64,000 nt of DNA from Octopus sinensis. Taxonomy: Eukaryota. The stretch covers positions 51,522,001 to 51,586,000 of the forward strand of contig NC_043010.1 in NCBI RefSeq assembly GCF_006345805.1. Direction: 5' to 3'. The notes under the pieces were generated by a model. That model saw only the letters and a list, made by a program, of their open reading frames with translations. It did not search any database and was not told where the DNA came from. The number at the start of each line of letters is the position of its first letter. Within the stretch, counting starts at the first letter, position 1. The position numbers were made by a program, and so were the translations under genes. Below, one piece after another: positions 37,201-49,405 of this stretch.

Positions 37201-40200
37201 AAAAGTTTTCGAAAAATCTGTTGAAAAATTTTTGGGGAAAAGTTTTCGAAAAATTTTTGGGGAAAATTTTTGAAAAAGTATGGAAAGCCAGCGGTGCCAA
37301 AATCACAAAGTGAAAATTTTCGAAAAATTATTGGGGAAATTTTCAGTGAAAATTTTGGAAAAATCTTTGAAAATTTTGGAAAAAGTATGGAAGGCCAGCG
37401 GTGCCAATTCACAAAGTATGGAAGGCCAGCGGTGCCAAAACCACAAAGTATGGAAAGCCAGCAGTGCCAAAATCACAAAGTAAATCACAAAGAAAAATTT
37501 TTGGAGAAAATTTTCGAAAACTTTATGGGGAAAATGTTCAGTGAAAATTTTCGAAAAATTTTTGGGGAAAATTTTCGGTGGAAATTTTCGAAAAATTTTT
37601 GGGGAAAATTTTCGGTGGAAAATTTTCAAAAAATTTTTGGGTAAAATTATCGAAAATGGGGAAAATGTTCGGTGAAAATTTTCGGTGGAAATTTTCAAAA
37701 AAATTTTCGGTGAAAATTTTCAAAAAATTTTCGGTGGAAATTTTCAAAAAATATTTAGGTAAAAATTTCGGTTGAAAAATTTCGAAAAATTTTGGAAAAA
37801 GTATGGAAGGCCAGCGTGCCAAAATCACAAAGTATGCAAGGCCAGCGGTGCCCAAACCACAAAGTATGGAAAGCCAGCGGTGCCAGAATCACAAAGTATG
37901 TCAAATATTTTTGGAAAAATCTGTTGAAAAATTTCTGAGAAAAATTTTTGGGGAAAATTTTCGAAAAATTTTTGGAGAAAATTTTCGAAAACTTTATGGG
38001 GAAAATGTTCAGTGAAAATTTTCGAAAAATTTTTGGGGAAAATTTTTGGGGAAAATTTTTGGTGAAAATTTTCGTGGAAAATTTTCAAAAAAATTTTGGA
38101 AAAATCTTTGAAAATTTTGGAAAAAGTATGGAAGGCCAGCGGTGCCAATTCACAAAGTATGGAAGGCCAGCGGTGCCAAAACCACAAAGTATGGAAAGCC
38201 AGCAGTGCCAAAATCACAAAGTAAATCACAAAGAAAAATTTTTGGAGAAAATTTTCGAAAACTTTATGGGGAAAATGTTCAGTGAAAATTTTCGAAAAAT
38301 TTTTGGGGAAAATTTTCGGTGGAAATTTTCGAAAAATTTTTGGGGAAAATTTTCGGTGGAAAATTTTCAAAAAATTTTTGGGTAAAATTATCGAAAATGG
38401 GGAAAATGTTCGGTGAAAATTTTCGGTGGAAATTTTCAAAAAATTTTTAGGGAAAATTTTCGAAAAATTTTTAGGTAAAAATTTCGGTGAAAAATTTCGA
38501 AAAATTTTGGAAAAAGTATGGAAGGCCAGCGGTGCCAAAATCACAAAGTATGCAAGGCCAGCGGTGCCCAAACCACAAAGTATGGAAAGCCAGCGGTGCC
38601 AGAATCACAAAGTATGTCAAATATTTTTGGAAAAATCTGTTGAAAAATTTCTGAGAAAAATTTTTGGGGAAAATTTTCGAAAAATTTTTGGAGAAAATTT
38701 TCGAAAACTTTATGGGGAAAATGTTCAGTGAAAATTTTCGAAAAATTTTTGGGGAAAATTTTTGGGGAAAATTTTCGGTGAAAATTTTCGTGGAAAATTT
38801 TCAAAAAAATTTTGGAAAAATTTTTGGGTAAAATTTTCGAAAATGGGGAAAATGTTCGGTGAAAATTTTCGGTGGAAATTTTCAAAAAAATTTTTAGGGA
38901 AAATTTTCGAAAAATTTTTAGGTAAAAATTTCGGTGAAAAATTTCGAAAAATTTTTGGGTAAAATTTTGGAAAAAGTATGGAAGGCCAGCGGTGCGAAAA
39001 TCACAAAGTATTGAAAGCCAGCGGTGCCAAAATCACAAAGTATGGCAAAAATTTTCGAAAAATCTGTTGAAAAATTTTTGAGAAAAATTTTTGTGGAAAA
39101 TTTTCGAAAACTTTTTGGGGAAAATGTTCGAAAAATTTTTGGGGAAAATTTTCAGTGGAAATTTTCGAAAAATTTTTGGGGAAAATTTTTGGTGAAAATT
39201 TTCAAAAAAATTTGGGGAAAATTTTCGGTGAAAATTTTGTAAAAATATTTGGTTAAAACTTTCGAAAACTTTTTGGGGAAAATGTTCGGTGAAAATTTTC
39301 GAAAAATTTTTGGGGAAAATTTTCGGTGAAAATTTTCAAAAAATTTTTAGGGAAAATTTTCGAAAAATTTCTAGGTAAAAATTTCGGTGAAAATTTTCAA
39401 AAAATTGTGGAAAATTTACGAAAAACTTTTGGGTAAAATTTTGAAAAATTTTTGTGGAAAAGTTTGGAAAGATTTTTGGGGAAGTTTTGGAAAAAGTATG
39501 GAAGGCCAGCGGTGCCAAAATCACAAAGTATGGAAAGCCAGCGGTGCCAAAATCACAAAGTATGGCAAAAATTTTCGAAAAATCTGTTTTTGAGAAAAAT
39601 TTTTCGGGTTTAATTTTCGGTAAAAATTTTGGGGGGAAATGTTGGAAAAATTTTTGGGGAAAATATAATATGTAATTTTTCTAAATGGTATAATTTAATT
39701 TTTCATTATTGAATTGATAAAAGGTGTTTTTTTTCTAATTTATATATATATATAAAGAATGAGGAGAAAATGGAGAAGCAATTAATAAAATTATTTATTG
39801 ATTATAAAATATGACAGTTAACATGTCAAGGAATTTTCCTTTTGATTTTTACAGAACCTAGTTTGGCAAGCTGGAGTATGTTTATAAACATCATCTATTT
39901 CAATGAGAGTGAGTAATTTTTCAGTTTTCTTTTATCTTTTTATATGTATATATATATCGTCTGCTAAAACTAGAACTCTAATACAGAAATGAACTACACA
40001 CGGTGAAAAATAATATAAGTCCATTCGAAGAATTTAAGTCAGGTCACTATATGTTAATAGCACTACCAGTAAATAATGTAGGCTGGTACTACCTGCGGCA
40101 TTTTGAAGAAAAAATATGGTTCTGTGTAGAACAAAATAATAATAATAATAATAATAATAATGATAACAACAACAACAATAAATCTGTTCGAAGGACAGAC

Positions 40201-43200
40201 AAAGGGATTAAGTTGACTATATCGACTCCAGTGCGTAACTGGAACTTAATTTATTGACTCCGAAAGGATGAAAGGTAAAGTCGACCTTGGCGGTGTGCAT
40301 TTCGCCTGGTGTGCTAACGTTTCTGCCAGTTTGCTGCATTATTGTCATACAAATGATGTTTGTTTCTGGTCTGCTATAGAAAACATGCCTGGCCATAGGG
40401 ATATATTAACTTGCTTGGAATCATGCAACAGTTGATGACAGGAACGGCATCTGGATGTAGAAAATTTTGCCGCAACAAAATTCCACCTGACCAATGCAAA
40501 CATGGAAAAGTGGATGTTAAAATGATGATGAACTAAAACAATGGAGGCACATGGCTTAGTTGTTAGAGTATTTGGCTCACAATTGTCTGGCTGTGAGTTT
40601 GATTCCTGAAGGTGTGTTGTGTCCTTGAGCAAGACACTTTATTTCACATTGCTCCAGTCTACTCAGCTGACAAAACTGAGTGGTACATGTATTTCAAAAG
40701 GCCAGCCTTCTCACATTGTGTCATCCTAAATCTCCCTGAGAGCTACATTAACCCTTTAGAATTTAAACTGGCCATATCCAGCCAAAAGTATTCTGCCTGT
40801 TTTATGTTCAAACTGGCCAGATCTGGTCTCTCACACCAACCCTACAATATCGTTTTAAAAATTAACAGCTACCTCATCAAAATCTCATAGCTACAAGATA
40901 ATGCCTGATTAGTTCAAAACAATGTGGATAAAGAAGCATTAATTTTGGCAGAATAATGTGAACACTAAAGGGTTAAGGGTATGCATGTCTGTTGAGTGCT
41001 CAGCCCCTTACATATTAATTTTACAAGCAGGCTGTTCTGTTGATTGGATCAAATGGAACTCTTGTCACATTAACTGACAGAAGGCCAGTATAAAAGAGGT
41101 TTTTTTTTTGCAGACAGATTGGGCCATGGCACAATAAAGGGCTCTACATTTCTATTGCGTCCTAGCTAAAGCTAAATGCTCATCCTGTCTATCTCTCTAT
41201 TTTCTCATGACAGATGTGGAGTCCCAGGTTATTTATCAAATCATGGACCACCTGAAGGATAAGGAAATGACACTGCAACATCCAGCTGATTGTGAGTATC
41301 CATCAACGTGTCTGTTTTGTGTATGTGTTTGTATGTGTGTGTGTATCTTTTATCTTTCACTTGTCTCAATCATTAGACTGCAGCCATGCTAGAGCACTGC
41401 CTGTAAGAATTTTTAGTCGAATGACGTGACCCCAATAGTTTTTTTTTTCTTTAAAAACCTGCTATTAATTCTGTCAATCTCTTTGCTGAACTTCTAAGTT
41501 ACAAGTATGTAAACACACCGGCACTAGTTGTCAAATGGTGGTAGGGACATACACAGACAGAAAGGCACACATACACACACACACACACACACATACACAC
41601 ACACAGAGGCTTCTTTCATTTCTGTCTACCAAATACATTTACAAGGCTTTGGTTGGTTCAAGGCTTTAGTAAAAGACATTTTCTCAAGGTGCCATGCAGT
41701 GGGACTGAACCCAGAAGCATGTGGTTGGAAAGCAAGCTTCTTACCACACACACACACACATATGGTGTTAGGAAGGGTGTCCAACCATAGAAACCATGCC
41801 ACAGCAGACATTTGTTGTCTGGACAGCTTCCTGCTAGTCAGCTCCATGTCAAACTATCCAACTCATGGTAGCATGGAAAGTGGATGTTAAACGATGATAC
41901 ACACACACTGTCCGGGTATGGTTTAGATTGCATCTGGTTTTGGGGCTCTGGTCTTGGAGTTCCTGGGTTTTGAAAAGTGTGGAACCACTTCTCAGCCGCT
42001 ACTATTCCCTCGTCCTCTCTGACCAGAGTGGTAGCACCTGTCAGGGTCCCAGCTGTGGGTTAATTAGCATGGCATGGTAGAAACTCCAAGTACAAACCGT
42101 CACTGGCTTCTGAGCACCTTGGGAAAGGAAAAAAGCTTAGGGTGTCGACCTGGACAGTAAATTGAGGAGCGGAGTCGCTTGGAAGGTCCAGTGCTCTTTT
42201 TGGTACCCTTCTAGCAACTCTAAGGTAGATGAAGCTCTTCAGCTTTGTGAGGCATCTCCAATGTAATACTTATAGTTTGCTGGTCACTGCAGCCATCTTT
42301 TTCTACTTAGTCAATGTGGTCAGGCCTCCACGTTTAAAGAGTAGGATTGGCTTGCATGGCCTGACTCTCATAATAAAAATTGAATATTCTTCTATTCTCT
42401 GTATATATTCATGAAAGGCTTCTTTCAGTTTCCATCTACCAAATCCACTCACAAGACTTTGGTTGGCCCAAGGCTATAGTAGAAGACACTTGCCCAAGGT
42501 GCTACACAGTGGGACTGAACCCGGAACCATGTGGTTGGGAAAGAAGCTTCTTACCACACAGCTATACCTGCACCTATTCATTCTATCCATTCTTAATACA
42601 ATTGGTAGAATATTTGTTAATTTTAAAAACATTTTGTATTTTTCTTTTCCAGTTGATTTCTTTGCAAATGCTATGGCTAAGGTAAGTTTTTAAACTTTTA
42701 ACTTGTGTTTACTAATTCAGCATTTGTTTTTGTTTTGGTTTGTTGTGAATTTGATGGCTAAGACCTTTAGTGATATACCATGCTTTAAGACTGTGGTCAT
42801 GGCTGATTCTAGTGTTAGGTCAATGGCAACTGTGTTGGTGGCATGTAAAAATCACCCACTACATTCTCAGAGTGGTTGGCATTAGGAAGGGCATCCAGCT
42901 GTAGAAACCTTATCAAATCAGATCAGAACCTGGTGCAGCTCCCTGGCTTACTAGTTTTCAGTCAAACCATCCGACCCATGCTAGCATGGAAAACAGACGT
43001 TAAATGATGATGATGATGATGATTTAATGTCCTTTCTTTGCTGGATGAAAATTCTTGAATCAGAAATCAAGGCAACCAGGTTTTTTTCTTTCAAGTTACT
43101 CGGTAATGTTACTAATACCAGTTTATTTTTGCGTAATTTAGACAATATATTCACTGCTGTACATATATACACACACACACATATGTATAGAAGTGTGTGT

Positions 43201-45267
43201 GTATATATATATATCATCATCATCGGTTAACGTCAGTTTTCCATGCTAGCATGGGTTGGATGGTTCGACCGGGGTCTGGGAAGCCCGGAGGCTGCACCAG
43301 GCTCCAGTCTGATCTGGCATTGTTTCTACAGCTGGATGCCCTTCCTAATGCCAACCACTCCGTGAGTGTAGTGGGTGCTTTTTACGTGCCACCAGTACAG
43401 GGGCCAGAGGAGGCTGGCAACAGCCACGATTGGTTGGTGCTTTTTATATGCCACTGGTACAGATGCCAGTCAAGGTGGCGCTGGCATCGGCTATGTTCGG
43501 ATGGTGCTTTTTATGTGCCACTAATACTTAAATATATTTATATATATATATATATATAGAAGTGTGTGTGTGTATGTATAGTAGTGTGCGTGTGAGTATA
43601 TAGTGAGAGACAGATGTATATATGTGTGTGTGTATATACACACAAATATATGTATGTATATATATCTGCATGTATATATGCGTGCACACACACCTGTATA
43701 TGTGTACTTTGTTTTCGTATTTGGTCTGTTTTATATATATACATATATATACTTACTTACTTGTATACCCATGTTTTTCTGCAGTGCTATATCCAAATTA
43801 AAGACTTGGAATTGGCCTACAAAATCGATGAATTCCTTCACTGTGGTTCTAACTACAAATTCCTTGGTGATGCCTTTAAGGAAGGAATCTATTAGTGAGT
43901 AATAAATTTAATATCCATACAATCATTGATTTCAATTAACCAAAAAAACTACCCTGCCTCCTATGACACATATGCACATTCATTAAATCACTAACTTCTT
44001 TATATTATATGGTTGCTATCATCAGGAGTGGCTGTGTGGTAAGTAGCTTGTTTACCAACCACATGGTTCCGGGTTCAGTCCAACTGTGTGGCACCTTGGG
44101 CAAGTGTCTTCTACTGTAGCCTCGGGCCGACCAAAGCCTTGTGAGTGGATTTGGTAGACGGAAACTGAAAGAAGCCCGTCGTATATATGTATATATGTAT
44201 ATATATATATATATATCATCATCGTCATCATCGTCGTTTAACGTCCGTTCTCCATGCTAGCATGGGTTGGACGGTTCGACCGGGGTTCTGGGAAGCCAGA
44301 AGGCTGCACCAGGCTCCAGTCTAATTTGGCAATGTTTCTACAGCTGGATGCCCTTCCTAACGCCAACCACTCCGTGAGTGTAGTGGGTGCTTTTTACGTG
44401 CCACCTGCACAGCGTGCATATATATGCGTGTGTGTGTTTGTGTGTCTGTGTTTGTCCCCCTAGCATTGCTTGACAACCGATGCTGGTGTGTTTATGTCCC
44501 CGTTACTTAGTGGTTTGGCAAAAGAGACCGATAGAATAAGTACTGGGCTTACAAAAGAATAAGTCCTGGGGGTCGAGTTGCTCAATTAAAGGCGGTGCTC
44601 CAGTAAAAGAGTAAAAGAGAGTAAAGAGTATCATCATTTAATGTCTGGTGTCCATGCTGGCATGGTTTGGACGGTGTGACCTGAGCTGGCAAGCTGAGGG
44701 GCTGCACCAGATTCCAGTCTGATCTGGCATGGTTTCTGTGGCTGGATGCCCTTCCTAACACCAACCACTTTACAGAGTGTGCTGGAAGCTTTTACATGGC
44801 ACTGTATGGGCGCTTTTACATGTCACAGCACAGGTGCTCCTATGTGGCATTGTCATGAATGCTTTATGCAACCAGAGGGATGAGTCTTAACACTTCTGCT
44901 CTAGAGTGTGGGTCTTCATGAGTACGCCCAGGCGTCCTTGCCTCAAAGGTTCAGCTTCAGCTTCCTGAGGTTGCCCTTCAGTACTTCATCCCATGCCTTC
45001 CGGGGTCTCCCACTTCCACGAGTTCCATCCACTTTGAGAGATCAGCACTTCTTTATGGAGCTCTCTTTACTCTTTTACTTGTTTCAGTCATTTGACTGCG
45101 GTCATGCTGGAGCACCGCCTTTAGTCGAGCAAATCGACCCCAGGACTTATTCTTTGTAAGCCTAGTACTTATTCTATCGGTCTCTTTTGCTGAACCGCTA
45201 AGTTACGGGGATGTAAACACACCAGCATCAGTTGTCAAGCGATGTTGGGGAGAGGGAACAAACATAT

Positions 45268-45310
<43 letters not shown>

Positions 45311-48300
45311 TATATACAACGGGCTTCTTTCAGTTTCCGTCTACCAAATCCACTCACAAGGCTTTGGTCGGCCCGAGGCTATAGTAGAAGACACTTGCCC
45401 AAGGTACCATGCAGTGGGATTGAACCCAGAACCATGTGGCTGGTAAGCAAGCTACTTACCACACAGCCACTCCTGTGGCCAGCAGGAGCTGTCAGCATCC
45501 ATCTACATACTGTCTAGAAATAGTGACCAGATTTTCTTCCTGCTGTATTAAATATGGAATGACAAATTTGAGTGCATAGCCTGAAATAGAATACTTATCT
45601 TTCACTTGCAAGTCAGGCCACCTCACCATTACCACCACTACCACACATGCACATATGTACATATACACAGATATACACCACTTATATCCCCACCTCCAAC
45701 ATGTTTATACTTATATATGTATATACACACACATTTATACATTTAAATTTATTTCAGTTCGTTCTTTTTCCGCCTAATTTGTCAATTTGAGACTCTGGAG
45801 AAAATCATGTACTACTATGACTTGTTCGCCCCAAATGTAAGTAAGCCACTCCACCTTTCTTTATCAACCACTTTGTTTTGATTATTTTAAACTATCTATA
45901 ACTCGGACTTACAGATTGGGTTGTAGTGACACTGTTGCGGGTTGTGGTGGTGTTTTCTTTCTGTTGGCTAATGTTGGTGTCATGTAACCGGCACCTTTTG
46001 AGTGTTGGCTGGCCTCATGGAAGCAGTGTGGCCGATGCTGGTGTCACATAACTAGCATCCATGCCAGTGTCATGTGCTGAGACCCCCTTCGGTCATGACT
46101 GACTATGAAATTGCACCTAGAAAGTTACCCTCCCAGGCACAAGTCCGGGCAAGGTTGTTTATGGAAGACCAGCAGTCGCCCATGCATACCGGCCTCCCCT
46201 CTCCACACCACCAGTGTTATCCAAGGGAAAGGCATAGGGCTGATACAGCTTGGCACCAGTGATGTTGCAACTCATTTCTACAGCTGAGTTAACTGGAGCA
46301 ATGTGAAATAAAGTGTCTTGCTCAAGAACACAACACTCAGCCCAGTCTGGGATTCAAACTCGATGCTCTAACCACTGAGCCATGCACCTTCACAGTGTCA
46401 TGTAGAAAGCACCTTTTGAGCATTGGGCCTCACGGAGGCAATGAAAAATTACTGAGAACTTGGCAATATACTATACTTGAGAAGAAGACCCATTAAACCA
46501 AGTGAAATTGTTGTCATGGCAGATACTATTGTTGTGCAACTGGCACATAAAAGCACCCATTACACTCTCAGAGTATTGTCCTTGCATTGGCCTATGTTAT
46601 GATTATATATATTTTGACTGCTGTGCTTAAAGGTGTTATTTAGGTAATATGAATTAAGTTTATGCTTAGTAGATGAGGCAACAATAGATTCTATATTGGG
46701 TGGAGAGGAGTAGGATAATTTCAGAGTAGTACTGTGCCATGCAGTAAGACTGAACCTGGAACCACTTGGTTGGGAAGCAAGCTTCTTACTACACAGCCGC
46801 ACTTTCGCCTATACACACACATGCATGCACACATGATGGGCTTTCAGTTACCATCCACTAAATCCGATCAGAAGGCTTTGTTTGGCCTAAGGCTATAGTA
46901 GAAGATACGTGTCCAATGTGCCATGTGTTTGGGAAGAACACTTTTTAACCACACATCCATGAGGGCCATGCCTGCAGGTTATTATTAAACTTGTGTTTGG
47001 AACATAAATTGATAAATACCGTAAATCCTCGAGTATAATCTGCATTTTTTTCCCAAAATTTAAAGGTCAAAATCCCTAGTGCGTACTATATATGAGGTTA
47101 AAAATGAAAATTATTTTCTAAGCAACATCCGAGTCTCTATTTGCTGTCCGGCAATGTTTATTCAGATCCATTTTGTGATGTTGGGTGCGAAAATACCTTA
47201 AGCTAAGCCTGAAAGCAATGAAGTCATAAAAAAATCATCCATAACTTGCAATAAGCAACATTTACTAAATGTTATTAGTGTTATTTCTTTATTTTCTGCA
47301 AACAACATGCACAAAAAAGCTACACGTTTGCATTATGTTATATATACAATAGTAAAAAAGTACGTTACCATATACAGTTTTACAAACCAAGGACGTTAGA
47401 TAGACCTCCTTGACTCAAGTTAGAGAAGGGGTACGTATTATACACAAGGTTTAGGTTTTTCAGAGGTACAGCCCCCTAAAAATCCACTGCGTATTATACT
47501 CAAGGGCGGACTATACTCGAGGATTTACGGTATAAATTAACATGAAATATTAATTTATATAATCCATATATGTTTTCTTTGCTGTAGATGTGGACACCAA
47601 ACACTTTGGCACTGTCTGAACTGTTGAAGGCAATTCAACTTCATGATGGCCAAGAACATCTTCCTCGAATATGGTCTGGTAAGTATGAGACCTCGCATGT
47701 CTTTCCACTTGTCTGAGTGTCATCACCGTTGTCGTTGTCACTTGTTCTGGTCCTTTGTCGTCTCCTTTGTGAAATTCCCCACCCTCCTGAAATTGAGATC
47801 CTCCTCTCCATCCCATGCCTTCTTCAGTTTTCTTTCTCTGTAGGTTATTTATATTGAGATTGCTTGGACACTTTCATCAGCTGTGTGTGCATATGTGTAT
47901 CTGTATATAAAAATATGTATGAGAAATTGCAATAAACACAAGTTCATATTATTTGTATGTATATATATAAATATATAATAATAATAATATTAGGGAGCAT
48001 TATTCCAAACTTACAGGGAAAAATTCAATTTAGTAATACTAAATCAAATTTCACAATAATATATATATGAATTAGAGAAGAACCACCTTTTATCAATTCA
48101 ACAATGAAATAACACTGATATAATTAAATTATACCATATAGGAAAAAAATTAAATATATGATAAAAACATATAGCAATAATTAAGTAATGTACAAAATAA
48201 TAAATAAAAAGTATATAATTGTTAAAAGGACTACACGTGTTTCGTGGCTATATTTTCAAACTGATAACAGTAAAATTAATTCAATTTAAATATAGTCACT

Positions 48301-48608
48301 CTTTAGGTCTTAGATAAAAACAATAAGATTAAATAAATAAATATACGTATATAATCTTGTAAGAAAATATAAATAAATATAAAAATATATAATTTTACAA
48401 TAAAAATCAAAGAAAATACAATAATATATCATAAAATAAAACACAAAATATCTTAACAAATGCATTCTGATATAAATAAAACTAGAATAAATAGGTATAA
48501 ATATTTATTATATCTATGAGAATAAATTTTAACTTATATAAGAAAAGAATAACAAACTATAATATATCATTACTAGAAAATTAAAATACAATTAATTAAA
48601 ATATTTAA

Positions 48609-48645
<37 letters not shown>

Positions 48646-48780
48646 CAAAATATACATTAAGTGAAAACTAAAATACTATAATCTATATACATTAAATTAA
48701 ATTATTTATTTATTTAATAAACGTCTAAGTTAAATCTTATTCTAATTATAATTATATATATATATATGTATGTATATATA

Positions 48781-48819
<39 letters not shown>

Positions 48820-49100
48820 TATATAAATATATGTGTGTGTGTGATGTATTTGTATATATGTGTGTGCATATGTATGTGTGTATATAGATGTATTTATATA
48901 TGTACACACATACACCTTCATCATCATCATTGTTTAATGTCCGTTGTCCATGTTGGCATGGGTTAGACAGTTTGATCAGAGCTGGGGAGCTGCACCAGAT
49001 TCCTGTCTGATTTGGCATGGTTTCTATAGCTGGATGCTCTTCCTAATGCAAATCACTTTACAGAGTGTGCTGGGTGCTTTTTTGATATATATATATATAT

Positions 49101-49161
<61 letters not shown>

Positions 49162-49357
49162 CTCTCTCTCTTTTGGAGAGGCACTGAGCAGCTATACGCA
49201 CACATACACACACGGCAGTAACTTCCACCTACCGAATTCAATCACAAAGCTCCGGTCGGCTCGGGGCTATAGTGGAAGACACCTACCCAAAGTGCCACGC
49301 AGTGGAACTGAACCCGAAACCATGTAGCTAGGAAGCAAGCTCCCTAACCACACAGCC

Positions 49358-49405
<48 letters not shown>

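Noticed and set aside
36254-39675. Many K/F/E/N-rich ORFs up to 248 aa
   Set aside because: Open frames on both strands arise from the stop-poor satellite; no splice signals or protein similarity
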